From Massalongia carnosa (lineage: Eukaryota), in NCBI GenBank assembly GCA_965645245.1, contig OZ287086.1, forward strand, positions 1,364,001-1,428,000: a stretch of 64,000 bases of DNA, given 5' to 3'. The notes under the pieces are model-generated. The model made no database searches. It saw only the letters and a program-made list of their open reading frames with translations, and was not told the origin of the DNA. The translations under genes and the position numbers were made by a program. Below are positions 1 to 12,842 of the stretch, piece by piece; the first letter of the stretch is position 1, and every line of letters begins with the position of its first letter.

Positions 1-86
1 CAGCTTCTACTCGTATGCGATCAGTGTAGAAGTTGATATCTGATGCTATTTGCTGAGTTCTGATGCTATCGTGAATTTTGATGCTA

Positions 87-2587
87 TCAAGACCCTTCCT
101 TTTTAGGCCCTTCCTGAGACGGCTGTTTAGGCCCTTCTGCCTTGACTAGTCCTAGCAGGTTGATGAATTCTTTGTGCCGCTGAATGGGTAGGGCCTTAGT
201 GAATCCATCGGCCAAAATCTGAGCTGATGGCACCGATTTGATAGAGATCGTCTTATTGATCACTTCTTGCCGTAGCCAATGTGAATAAATATCCACATGC
301 CTTAGCTTAGTCGAGAATCGGGGATTTTCTGATATTAGGGCTCTGATAGTTTGACGGTTATCACATTGAATGGTGAGATCATTTCCTAGGTCAAATTCAA
401 TCGACTCAAACAGACGGGACCACCATATGGTCTCTTTCGCGGTCTGAGAAATAGCCAGCAATTCAGCCTCAGTTGACGATAGCGTAACCGTCTTCTATTT
501 GTTGGCCTTCCAGTCTGTTAGGCCTCCGAATAGCTTCATTGCGTAGCCCTGCGAGCTGTACCTAGTCTGCAGGTCGTCTGCAAAACTGGAGTCGCTGCTC
601 ACTATCAGGACTTCTTTTGGTATGACTTCTCTTGGTATGGTTATGCGACCGTCGAACATGATTGATAAGGTCCTTGTTGAAACGAGGTAACCAATCACCC
701 TATTCACCAACTCGATGTGTCTGGGTGAGGGGTTGTTTAAATGTTCTGATAATTTGGAGGCCGAATTTGCTATATCAGGCCTTGTAATAACCGCAGGGAA
801 ATTGACGTGCCCTACTTTCGTTTGGTATTGAAATATGTCTTGTGCAGTGGCGATGCCGTTGAATTTGGGAATAGCTTCAACTGGTAGCGGCGAGGCCTTT
901 GAATTGACCCCAGTGATATTGAACTTTGCACCTATTTTGTCGATATAACTGTCCTGGCATAGCCACAGTTTCCTTGAGGCCCTATCCCTAGTGACCCGTA
1001 TGCCCAAGAACCACTCAATTTCACCTAAGGCCTTCATTTCATATTTGTTAAAGAGTTTTGCTTCGAAAGCATCAACGTATGCTGAGTAGCGTTTATCATA
1101 GATGACGCATATGTCATCCACGAAGACAAACACTATCATATAGCTGTTGGTGTAAATGCATTCGACCCCAGGGAGAGGTTCTAGCCCTAGCTCTATTAGA
1201 GTGCTTGATAAATCGTTGTGCCATAGTGCTGGTGACTGTTCTAGCCTGTAGAGGGCCCGGAGAAGATGTAATATAACGTTCGAATTGCCAGTCCATCCTA
1301 GTGGAAGCCTCCAGTATGTTGTTTCGTTTATTAGTGAATTAGCAAATGCATTCACTGCATCGTACTGCCTCGTATTTAGGTCAAATGATGCGACGAGGGC
1401 CATAAGGAATCGAAACAGGCGTGCAGCTAATGTGGCTGCATACGTATCGAAATTCGTATGTTGAAGGTCCCTTCTAGCCACCAAACGCGCCTTATGTTTA
1501 ACAAGCCAGCCGTTCTCATCAAATTTATACTTGTAGACCCACATGGTAGGAACTGATTGCTTATGTATGGCCTCATCCTTAGCCACCTCTTCCCACGTGC
1601 CATTGCGTTGTAATTCCTTTATCTCTACCCGCATTGCCTCTTTGAACGCCTCGCAGTATGGGTACCTAGCCAGTTCCTTGAACCCTTTCGGCGCGGCTGG
1701 CATATTGTCACGATGTGGACGAGTATGAGGTCGCTCCGAGGATGAAGCTATCCTGGTCGTAAATGCTAAAGCTGGACGAACATATGGTGAGGGCTGCAAA
1801 TGAGGCGTGAAAAGGGTCTGTTGATCCTTGACCAACTTCCTCCAACTGTGTTGCGTACACATTATGACGCGTGGTTCTTTGCCGTTGTGACCCTTCAGGT
1901 AAGATGTGGTCGTCGTCTAGGTCTGCTGGAATCGTTTGAGCCTGTGGTGCTATGTTCCTTGACCTCAATGGCCTCATAGCACGCGCACACCTCATTATTG
2001 GTGGGAGACCTGTAGCATCATCACTATCACCCCCCAGTATGCTTGGTGAGGGACTAAGGGACGGTGTAGGTGTAGGAAGGATGTTTGGTGCTGTGTCATG
2101 AGGCCTCTTTCTAGATGGCCCACCAAGTCCTATACCAGGCTTTTCCGTTATAACAGGCTTTTCCGTGATAGTAGGTGAATTTGCAAATAATTCGTCAAAG
2201 GTGCTACGATGTTTTTCGTCCTCACCATCTAACTCAGCTAGTGCATTTCGCATGCGATCAGTAATGATGTAGGGTGCATTATCTCCGGTGGTAGAGAGGA
2301 AATGCAACAGGTCTGGTGGATCAACAAGGCTATGGACCTCGTCCTCATCGAAAAGGACGTCCCTTGATCGTATGATTTTGCGCCTTGATGGTATCCAAAT
2401 TCTGAAGATGTTTATTGAATCATAGCCTACCAAATATCCTATATGGGCCCTAGGTTCTAGTTTTTGCTTCCTTGGTATGTGATGTTTCAACGCGTAGGCC
2501 TTACATCCGTAGACCTTCAAATGTGATAAATTAGGCTTTTGGTCGGTGACTAGTTCGTAAGGCGTCTTCCAGTTATATTTCGCCATA
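87..2587 (-). pseudogene. pol: Copia pol remnant (integrase C-terminal part, RT, RNase H)
   Basis: ORFs 87-461, 495-1862 and the part of 1708-2826 below 2587 carry Copia motifs; the integrase N-terminal part continues at 4549-4760. Confidence 0.88.
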
Positions 2588-4548
2588 GCCGTGCGACCGA
2601 GGTAAATCCGATGGACCGCATCCCGAGCTCCGCTCGGGGTGCGGCTCACCTCCATGACGCTATCATCTCCATGACGCATTTTTAAAAAATTTCTATCATC
2701 TATCATCAACCATTTATTATTCAACCACATCATGTCTGATTCGTACAAGAAACGAGAGGCTAACATTGCAAAGGCCTTAGATGCATTTGCAAAGAACACA
2801 TACAAATCAGCCGCAGCCTGTGCCAAAGAATTCGATATTTCACCTCGTCTATTTCAAAGAAGACTACATGGATATAGCAAGCGAAAAGCAGTCAATATGA
2901 GGCTGTCTGCTGCACTAGAACTAGCCCTGAAGGAGTATATTGAATTTTTTGATGATATTGAATTATCAATAAGATTGCCATTGATTCGCGGTGCAGCTAA
3001 TTATTTGTTGCAATTGCAACATCCTTCCTCGTCTTCAACTTCTCTCACCCGCGTAGGAAAATGCTGGACCGGACGATTCTTGAAAAGAAATCCCCAATTT
3101 TTCATGCAAAAAGGCAAGCCATTAGCAGCCGAAAGGAAAAACGCTCACAATGTTACGGATATTTAAACTTATTTCTCTTCATTTCAATCGACTGTAGCCC
3201 TTCTTGGTATAACTCCAGCTGATATATGGAATATGGATGAGACAGGCTTTCGAGTTGGCTGTGGGGTAACCCATTTGGTGGTGACACTATCATTACATAA
3301 ACGAATTATGATCGCTGATCCAGACAATCGAGACTATATAACTTCGGTCGAATGTATCAATGGAGTTGGCGGAAACGTTCCATCCTTTTTGATTTTGAAA
3401 GAGGTCAACATACTTCACAAATGGGCCTTAGAGAATGATTTGAAAGATGATATCGTGTTGACTACAAGCGATAGCGGCTATTCGAATGATTGTCTAGCAT
3501 TAGAGTGGTTAAAGCATTTTAATGCTCATTCAAAAAAGGTTCAAAAAGGAGCGTTTAGGCTTCTTTTGTTGGATGGATATGGATCTCATCTAACGTATGA
3601 ATTTTGGGAATATTCGAAAGAAAATAATATCTGTTTATTCAGATTAACCCCCCCCCCCCCCCCCCCCATTCATCCCGTTTGACGCAGCCATTGGACGTTG
3701 GTGTTTTTCAGCCAATGAAACATTATCATGCTGAAGCGGTCGACAACGCCATTCGGTTGGGTGACGTTGACTTCAATCGTCTGGATTTTCTGGCCGCATT
3801 CAATCAATTTTGTACAAAGGCATTCAAATCATCTACTATCAAATCAGCCTGGGAAAAAACTGGGTTGATACCTTACAATCCGGAGGTAGTCTTGTCCAAA
3901 ATTCGTGCTTTAAATCCGGCATTACTACCACTACCAATATCATCTTCGGAGACAATAATCCTACCTCATACCCCCAAAAAGCCCAAAGACGTTGCTAAGG
4001 AAGGGGAAAACATTATTCAGCGAATGAATAATAATAAAGAAATTACTCCAGAAAGAATGCGACGTTTTATCAAAGGGTCGGTTGCAAACGCTAATTTACT
4101 AGAATTGACGCAACGCGACTTGCAAGCCACACACAGCTGCATTAGCTAAAAGGGCCCGAAAAAAGCTTGCTGGTACCGCTGTTCAGAAGGGAGGAATCGT
4201 TACCGTTCGAGATGTGAGGCACAATCACCTACATCGTACCCAAGAAGAGGTGGAAAGGGAGGAGGGTCGTCAAAAGCGTGCTGAGACGGCTAGACAAAAG
4301 AAAATATTTCTCTATGGAAAAGCGATAGCTAAACGGTTTGGCTTGGTGGGTAAAAAGGCCGAAAGCTGGATAGATGAACGTCAGCCTTTGATTTTGAATA
4401 GCTTCATTTTGAAAGGGTCAATCAATGGATATAATGTAAATAGTTTGAGAAATGCGTCATGGAGATGATAGCGTCATGGAGGTGAGCCGCACCTGGAGCG
4501 TAGCTCCGGGTGCGGTCCATCGGATTTACCTCGGTTGCACGGTTAACT
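2588..4548 (+). mobile_element. pogo/Fot1-like DNA transposon with ~95-bp TIRs inserted at TA
   Basis: TIRs CCGTGCGACCGAGGTAAATCCG...ATGACGCATTT (from 2589) and their reverse complement at ~4450-4543; removing 2588-4550 restores the Copia reading NRTP-MAKYNWKTP. Confidence 0.92.
2732..4468 (+). pseudogene. Disrupted pogo/Fot1 DDE transposase
   Basis: HTH region, then MDETG, LLDGYGSH and QPLDVG motifs; stop at 3166, frameshift in the poly-C tract near 3650-3667 and a further break near 4149. Confidence 0.9.
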
Positions 4549-6209
4549 TAGGTGTGCGATTTGCTAAATAGCAAGCAGTGTGAATAGCCTTAACCCACAG
4601 GTAGTGAGGCAACTCAGCCTCTATCCGCAATGCCCTTGCCTTTATAGCCAACATCTTGCCTTTGCGTTCCGCATGCCCGTTCTGTTCCGGCGTATCAGGA
4701 CTACTAGGTTCCAAGGTGATTCCTAGGCCTTTGATTTCCTCTCTGAAAGTGGTGTCAAAAGAACGGCAAATTACTGAGATGACCCCCAAATAACCCCCCA
4801 TCTTGCCTAGGGGTTATTTGGGGGTCAATTACCGTAATATACACGTAATTTTGCTTCTGGCGCTGTCACGATGACCCCCAAGAACTGTAATTAATTGAAG
4901 GGGGTCATTTGGGGGTCATTTGGAATATTGCGACCGCACAGTTAAATGGCACGCAGGAGGAAAAGTCCATTAATCATCGGCTACCCGATAAAAGCCTTGC
5001 TACTCCAAGAAAGAAGACATGATTACGGCGATAAAAACGAGCGACTAGATATCTGTAGCCCGATGATCGTGCGATATCGGGGGGTCAATCATAGGTGAAG
5101 TGACTGAACCTACCAATTACAGCTCTATAACTTTCTGCTTTAAGTGCTATAGGCCAATGAAACTCCATAGAATGCTTAAACAAGGCATTTGGACTACGTG
5201 GCACTCGGGCTATCTAGCATTAACTCGGGACTTATTTGTGCATAACCTTCCATCATTTCTGCATACTTATGTCTCGTTCAATCTCACTATGGCCGATTCA
5301 TCAAAAATGTCGCTTTATGTCGGTCAAGAGTGGGACGATAAATATGAGACAAGACAGGCGATCACTAATTGGCTCGCAAGCAAGGGTGAGTCATGGCGTG
5401 TTGAGAAGGCCGAGAAGAATAGATATCTAGTTAAGTGCGATCATTGTGACTTTCGAATCAGAGCCAGCTTGTCCAACAAAACTGGGAGATGTAATACTTA
5501 AATGTATAAGAGCTAAGACAAAGAAATACTGACATTAGATCAGGGAAACTCACTAAAATGATCCCTCATACCTGTGCCATATCGAACCACTCCGGCCATT
5601 CAGGTAGCAATGCTGTTTAGTATTTAGCCACTAATAAGACAAATCAAGCGCTTGTGCAATCTGATCATCGGGTTAAATCGAGGCATTTAATGACCGTCGA
5701 GACTTCCAGTCGAGGAAACAACACAAACTATATGGCGATGTGGCGCTCAAAAGAGTTTCTCAAGATTAAGCGGTTTGGCAATATTAAGCTAAGCTTTCAA
5801 TATATACCTGCATTCTTGTCAGCATGCGAAGAACAATACACGAACAGCATGGACAAATCTGGAGCTAGATAAGAACGGTTGTTTCAAACGATATTAGGTA
5901 CTACCAAAGGCCACTGAGCGTGCTTTTCGTCATTGTCGTTCGGTGCCTCAGTGTGATGGTACCGCTTGCAAGACATCGGACGGGCTTGTGATCTTGTCTC
6001 TTGTTACTCAAGACGGTAACAACCAGGTATTGGAACTGGCGTGGGCATCGGTCCCAATCGAGAACAAAGATATCTGGATCTATTATTTACGGGCAATGGC
6101 ATTATATATTCGATTTCGCCCGGGACGACAAGCGGTGATTATTAGTGATCGCAACAAAGGTATCAAACATGCAGTATCTGATCATTTTCCTGTCGCTTTA
6201 AGTGCTCAT

Positions 6210-6455
6210 GGTGATGAATAGTAAAATTCACGTGTAGGTATAATAGCATGATTGTCATTGAAGGTATGGATTATATGTGAGCTATCTACTTCATTATATA
6301 GCAGTCACATTGGAGACCTTTCGGCGACCCTTTTCATAAGGAGTCAGCCGGTCCACTGAATCTCGGTCCCCGGAGGTCACCTCGGTCCCCGTGGTAGAGT
6401 CGCCGAAGATAAGCACTAGATGAATGCCCATGATGGTAGTCCCTACCATCTGACA
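6210..6455. mobile_element. Solo-LTR-like insertion in MULE-1
   Basis: Interrupts the transposase between SAH and YCKHL; ends in TGACA; only CAT is duplicated at the flanks. Confidence 0.55.
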
Positions 6456-7037
6456 CATTATTGCAAACATCTCAGAGACAATGTCGATAAAAAATGGAGA
6501 AGACATATCGGAATCTTTTCTGGGATGCGGCCAAAGCTAAAACACAGGCAAAATTCAACACTATACTCAACAGAATTAGAGCGACGAGACCTAGTTGCGC
6601 GGGCTATATTGAAGACATACCTCCAGAGCAGTGGGCTGTATATGCTTTTCCTCGTCCTCGATATGGTCAGTTATGTTCTAATGCTCAAGAGTCGCAAAAT
6701 AATATTTGGCTGGAGGCACGTCACATGCCCGCATTGCTTTGTCTCCATCAGATTTGGAACCAATGCATGGACAAACTTTATGAACGACACAAGCTTGAAC
6801 ACAAGACAGATAGAGTCACTGATTATGCTTGGAGATGGATTCAAGATGGATAGAAACAATTGGCCGAGTATACTGTTCAAAATTCTCGTCCTTTCTGCGG
6901 TATCATCACTACTGGTACTGGAAGTCATCACATCGTGGATCGGGAAGCCAACACGTGTACTTGTCATGGTTTTCAGGATTATGAGATGCCATGTGATCAT
7001 GCCGTTGCGTTGTGTATGAAGCAAGAAAGAGAACCAG

Positions 7038-7365
7038 GCACACTTTCACCCTACTAGCCGAGGAACTCCGAGACGACTATCAGGTCGTACTGGTCTATCC
7101 CGCGGGCGAGATTTCACCCAGCAATTATTGATTGTTGTCTCAGTAACGTCCTGCTCCCATGCGTCAATCCCCCAACGAATAGCTTGTAAAACGTTCGTTG
7201 TTTTAGTGGGATCAATGTCTTTTTCGTATTCAGAACAAATGTAACGCAGCATAGCTACGGGATGCTCTGCGCGGGTCCATGGTGACAAGGTTATTGTAGG
7301 GTCCTAGTGCAAGCCCGTCCGGAGGAACGAACTCGCTCTTTCTTTTCTTTCTTTTCCTTTTTTTC
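7038..7365 (+). mobile_element. SINE-like insertion with T-rich tail containing an antisense pogo transposase fragment
   Basis: Splits MULE between EREP and DFVSPIF; 3' (TTTTC)n tail; minus-strand peptide AIRWGIDAWEQDVTETTINNCW. Confidence 0.55.
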
Positions 7366-9124
7366 GGATTTTGTCAGTCCCATCTTTACAATCGCTGAGT
7401 ACAAGGCAACATACCAGTCATTTTTACATCCTATTGATCTCAATGTTCTCGCAGCGGCCGATGTGAAACCACCAGAAATTGTAGTCCAGGCTGGTCGCCC
7501 AAAAATCAGACGTGAGAGAAGAAAACGATTTGATTTATCAAAGCAGAGGATGAGATGCTCAATCTGCAAGAGTTTCAAGCATAACAGGCGTACATGTGAT
7601 CTCTCGGGACCTTCCGCGAGTGACGTTTCTGCTAGTACTGCAAGTAGTAGATCCAAAACTGCTTCTGTCTCTCAATCTTGTCACAACGAAGATGAAGTTG
7701 ATAAAGAGAATGACAATGACTCTAATGACAATAATAGCGACAGCAATCATGACGGCGAGAGCGACAATATGAGTGTTCATACTGACTTAAGTGACTGGAA
7801 TGGATTCAGTGATCGTTCTTTTGTTTTTAGGTGTCGCAGATTCTCGGCTCAAAACGATGAAGATATTGCGACCGATAGTGACAAGAGTTTTACATCTCAT
7901 CGCGACAAAAATATTACCCTCAAGAGTGAAATGAATTCCTCATCTCGATCTCAACCGTCGTCAATTGTAACAGACTCATCGGAAGAGACTAAGGAAGAGC
8001 AGAAGAACTATGCTCGTTGGGCTATTGGATGGTTAGACATGGACGAGGCACAGTTACAACAATTTCAAAGGTTTGATATGAATCAGACGTTTGCTGGAAC
8101 ACTACAGGGACATAGAAATCACAAACGTCGCTTTCCAGAGGCGGCCGAAGAAGATGCTCGCAAAAAACGAATACTTTATGCTAAACAGGTACGTACTCAC
8201 CTTAAGATTAATTCATGGCTAATCATTGAGAGCAGAGTCGAAGATATCTGACAGAGCGACAGTATCAAATTATCGTTCCTCATTTCGAGCATATAGCTCC
8301 AGCTCCATCATCGCATACTTCAGTTCTTAGAAAGTTGTTCACCCGCCCATTATGGACGTATCCTCAAAGACGATGTCCTCTTCCTCTACGCATTCCATTA
8401 GGAGAGCCAACATCACTTTCGGAAGGGGAGAGAACACCAGTGGGCTATGATTCTGATGACTTTCCGTACGGAAAAGACGATGCATTATCGGAAGAGAGAG
8501 AGGAAGTCGAGAATACATTAGCAGAAGAGCGACAAGAAGTCGAGAATAAATCAGCGGATGTTGAGCGACAGGAAGCTGATAATATACTAGCGGAGGAGCA
8601 AATTTGGAGCATGCTAGAGAAAGGTAAAGAACGTGACCGGGCACTGATCTCACCTCGTAAATCTAGATCTGAACGGATATTGAAACCTACTGTGAGAGTG
8701 CAAGAAGCTTTACACACAAAGCATGCCAACTTAGCGAAGGCAGCTTTAGAAAGCTCTAGAGAAGTTTCATTGACTGACTTAATAAACAAGTCACCTCCTC
8801 GAAAACGACAAAGGCGAGGGACAAAGCCGAGTCAATAGATGGGTCTATAGGTTATCCTTACAGAGAGAAAGGATAAGCAATCGTGTTTTCTGTCTTGAAG
8901 TAATAGAGCATCTGCGTGTTTCATGTGCCACTTCTTCGGAGGCGATTTTTTTGGTGAAGGAATGACATATCGAAACATGACAGTCTGGGGATGGAAAATT
9001 AGATCATGATATTGTATTGTGATTTTTTCCGTATATTTTTGTATAGGTATCTAGTGGCTTTCCTAGTGCTTGTCATTTAATCGTGCGGTCGCAATATTCC
9101 AAATGACCTCAAATGATTGCCTCA

Positions 9125-10466
9125 CACGCGGGTGAAAAAAAAAGGGCAAGGTGAGCCGAAACTCCCCCACCAATACTTACCCATTTTCTTCCCCTTTTTC
9201 TTCCCCATCTTCTTCCTCATTCAACATTTCAAATGCCATCCCACTACGATACACCTCAAAAGGCCAAGGTGCAGGGAGCTTATGAATTCTTCTTGCAAAA
9301 GGCATTTCCATCGATCCTCGAGAGATTTTTCAGCATTTTGGCATTCGAAGCGAGAGACAGGGCTATAAGATCATTCGAAACGGAGCATCTTCTAGAAGAA
9401 GACATCATTCGACGCTCGTTGAGACACGCGGTCGCAAATTAAAATTCACGGAAGCACAAATACAGGAGGCAGATCACATTCTACAAGATGAGAGGCTACA
9501 GTTGGAAGGAAAACGATACACATGGGAACAATTGGCTATGGAGATTGGGGCCGACGTTGTCGGTCGTACAATGCACAGTGTTATGTCGGCTGCTCTAAAC
9601 TATGAGAAATGTCTGGCCTGCGTCAAGGGGTGGCTGGCCGACCCACCTATGGAAAGACGGGTCGAATTTGCTCACATGATGCTGACCAGATATCCCAAAC
9701 CGGAGCAATGGGATCGCGTACGATTTAGTGATGAGATTCATTTTGGATATAGGCCGGAAGGACAGTTACGAATCATTCGTCAGCCCGGAACACGATATCG
9801 TTGGGATTGCATACAGCATCGTGACCCGCCTCCTGAGAAAGATCGAAAACGAAAACATTGCTGGGCTGCAATTGGCTACATTTTCAAGTCGGATATTATC
9901 TTTTATGACGTGCTGGGCAACAGCAATGGTAAAATGACTCATCAGGTGTATATTGAATCCGTTCTAGACCCCGTCGTCAAGCCCTGGCTGGAGCGTGGGG
10001 ATGACTTCGTACTTGAAGAAGATGGAGACTCTGGTCATGGCACGGGCAAGACAAGAAATGCCGTCAAGAAATGGAAGGAAGATCATCATTTAGAGCATTA
10101 TTTCAATTGTGCCTCATCACCTGATTTGTCCCCTATAGAAAATTGCTGGCAGCGAGCGAAGCAGCATGTTCGAAAGTATCCTCATTGGGACGATGTCAGC
10201 TTGAAGCAGCTGATTAGGGATGGATGGGAACGGGTGACGCAGGAATTCATCAATGAAAGAGTTCGATCAATGCCCAAACGATTGGAAGAGGTAAGTAGGG
10301 CTGAGGGGGCGATGACTGGCTATTGAATAGAATGTATGTAGAATTTCAATGGTCATACGAATTGAAATGTTGAATGGGGAAGAAGATGGGGAGAAAAAAG
10401 GGAAGAAAAGGGTGAGTTTTGGTGGGGGAATTTCGGCTCACCTTGCCCTTTTTTTTCACCCGCGTG
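9125..10466 (+). mobile_element. Tc1-like DNA transposon with ~105-bp TIRs
   Basis: TIR CACGCGGGTGAAAAAAAAAGGGCAAGGTGAGCCGAAA at 9125 and its reverse complement ending 10466; TA duplication not preserved. Confidence 0.92.
9233..10326 (+). pseudogene. Tc1-family transposase (DD38E spacing), N-terminal frameshift
   Basis: FSDE, EEDGDSGH and SPDLSPIEN motifs; ORFs 9233-9442 and 9502-10326 are in different frames. Confidence 0.88.
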
Positions 10467-10748
10467 ATGGGATAGACTAGTTTTTCATGTATAATTAGAG
10501 TTATAACTTTTATGATCTTTCTAGAGACAAGTCATAGAAACGCTAGAAACGAATACAATAAAGATGAAGAAGTAAAAGACAATCGACAATCAGAGTCTGC
10601 CCCTATATATCCTTACTGCGGTAGTACCCATGTGATATAGTCGTCATGAAACCTTCTAGTAGTTGCAGAAACGTGTTTCATTTAGGATTGCCCTAGGCGG
10701 TGCCGAAATAACCCAAGTGCCGAGGTCGTGCCGTGTAGAATCGTAACA
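10467..10748 (-). mobile_element. Possible truncated LTR
   Basis: Ends in GTAACA (TGTTAC on minus) with a TATA-like TATATA; no partner copy or TSD seen. Confidence 0.3.
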
Positions 10749-11410
10749 ATAACTGGCTTGTCAAAATTAAACACAAGAAATTTGTTTGACTGTGAAAGAA
10801 GCTCTTACAAAGTTAAATTCGTTTTATGAGGCACAGAATTCTCAAAGGCGTTTTGTGTTTTCTCGAAACTACCTTGAAATTTCGAAAGTTACAATTCATT
10901 AATGTTTCTTTCTTATATGTAAAGCGTAATGCGTGTATTCTGTCTATTCCTGATGGAACTGCAAATATTGGTATCAAATGATGTGAAGCTAAGCTTGCAT
11001 AATGTCGGATTTGTACAGATGCAAAAAAAGATAAGACGGAACTGTCGTAAGAGCAAAACATCGAGCCTGAAACTTTCGGTATAACACTGATTCGTGTCTC
11101 CGTCCTGCAAGATATCCAATCTCCCAATGGGAGGGGCACAGAACAATGTGACTAAACCTCACAAGCAACGTCTTCTCTTCCTGAGTAAGTCCAAGTTTGT
11201 CGTATCTGTTTTCCTCCCGCAGTCGCATAGATGACTCCAAGCAGTTCCTACTTTAGTCGGAGAAAAGGTATGCAACAAGATGAGTTTCCAACCGTTGTCG
11301 AAGTCGCGCAGGATGAGTTTCCCACCGTCTATCACGTTCACTCATCACCAGCGAGAGACTATCAGATGGCGTCTTTGGCCCAAAAGCCGGAGGAGAAGTT
11401 ATTAGCCTCC

Positions 11411-11695
11411 TGTCGATATTAATAGACCGTGGTTCAAGCCAATTCCCGAAGCTTCGATCTTTCAGATGCTATTTCTTTCTATGCCATATATCTGATTTCT
11501 AATACTCAATGATTTCAAAGCATTGTACCTCGCATGGGTTCCGGATCACTAATGATTTATTAGTAAATAGAAGTGGCTGGAAGATATCTAGATTATCAAA
11601 GAATGTGGCGAAATGGTCTATATAGCTAGCTAGAATTTCCAGTTTAGATAGACAAGGAGAACATCATTTTCCAGATCAATAAGAACGGTCCGACA
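11411..11695 (+). mobile_element. Solo LTR of the Copia family at 56217-61635 (with an internal deletion)
   Basis: TG...CA ends, perfect CCTCC TSD; reverse complement of the 334-bp LTR lacking about 50 bp. Confidence 0.95.
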
Positions 11696-12117
11696 CCTCC
11701 TCTCATCGGATATGTGGTGTTCGCAAAATTACCTTCTGGCTCAGCTGTACTGTAGCGATTTTACTTGTGTTGGGCACTGTAGGAGTTGGAATGACAGGTC
11801 GACTCGCAGAGAAGAGAAAGTCTAATTTAAAACCTATGTCAGGTGTCAATCGTGTGGATATATGTAAAGGATATTTTCACTGACTTGAAAACGATTTAGG
11901 CCGCAGAATACTAGTTCGCATATAATTTCATCTTCAACCTCGTCTCTGATCAGTACCTCGTATCTGTTCAGCATCCCCCCGACCACCTCGCCTCTAGGGT
12001 TAAGATCTTCGTTTTTCGATTCATTTACTTCTACATCTTCAACCATCCCTCTAACGCTATTCGTCTTCTCATCGCCATCTACCTCCTCAACAACATCTTC
12101 CTCTTTAACGTCATACG

Positions 12118-12236
12118 TGTTGGAATACTCGCTTAGCCCCATTAGTTCTAGCTCAGCCCTGCAGGCTGCCATGACTGCTATAAGCAGTCACCTCCGTAGT
12201 AATTTCAATATTATGCCGTCAACTGTTTATTTAACA
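12118..12236 (+). mobile_element. 119-bp solo LTR of the TRIM family at 43960-44850
   Basis: TGTTGG...TTAACA, ATACG TSD, near-identical to the TRIM LTRs; interrupts an acidic minus-strand ORF. Confidence 0.95.
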
Positions 12237-12842
12237 ATACGTCTTCTCATCGCTTTCTACCTCCTCACCTACTTCTAACTCTTCATCGTCATCCGCCGCT
12301 TCATCGCCATTTATCGCCCCACCGCCACCAGACTCCCTACCCCCAGCTACCTCCCCCACGCCCATTGCCATTCCGGAGCCATCGCCCAGCCAAGTCAGCG
12401 ACTGTCATACGATTCAGAGCCCCTACACAGCCTATTACAGCCAAATATTTGACATTAGCTGCGGAATCGATTATCCAGGAGGGGATTGCATCTCGTTTTA
12501 CACTCAAACATTTATTGATTGCATCGAGGCGTGTGCCAATTACAATCATGATTCTCCACGTGGCAACGCTGTGTCTGATAGGGGATGTGCGGCTGTCACT
12601 TACGATACGACGCCACATGACGATAGAAAGAACTGTTATTTGAAGGCCAAGGTTACCATGCCGAGTACTAATTCAAACATAGAAAGTGCGGTGTTGAGAA
12701 TGGCTTGAAGTATAGATGATATTGAATTAAATAAGTACGCGTTGAGAGAACATTTCATAATTTCATTTATGTTTTTCGAGTAATTCGAACTGAGACTTGA
12801 TAACAGTTATTTTAAATTTAATATCTCAAGTTCTTTATAAGG

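Larger units (their letters stand above)
1..4760 (-). mobile_element. Ty1/Copia retrotransposon fragment (IN-RT-RH), interrupted by a pogo/Fot1 transposon and cut off at its 5' side by a MULE
   Basis: Integrase motifs (PEQNGHAERK, KVYGCKAY, GYLVGY), RT (KARLVAR, FVDD) and RNase H (KLRHVDI, ADGFTK) in Copia order; stop at 495 and a frameshift near 1860; no LTR seen. Confidence 0.92.
5289..8838 (+). pseudogene. MULE transposase pseudogene with SWIM zinc finger and zinc knuckle
   Basis: DG...DGNNQVLELAW, IISDRNKG, YCKHL, SWIM CTCHGFQDYEMPCDH, GRPK and CSICKSFKHNRRTC; stops, probable introns and two insertions. Confidence 0.82.
4761..9116 (+). mobile_element. Mutator-like element (MULE-1), degenerate, right TIR truncated
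   Basis: Inverted match between ~4900-4960 (GGTCATTTGGAATATTGCGACCGCAC) and ~9060-9116; MULE transposase motifs inside; left boundary approximate. Confidence 0.8.

Noticed and set aside
1708..2826. 372-aa ORF as a real protein
   Set aside because: Chimera of antisense pogo sequence and Copia integrase
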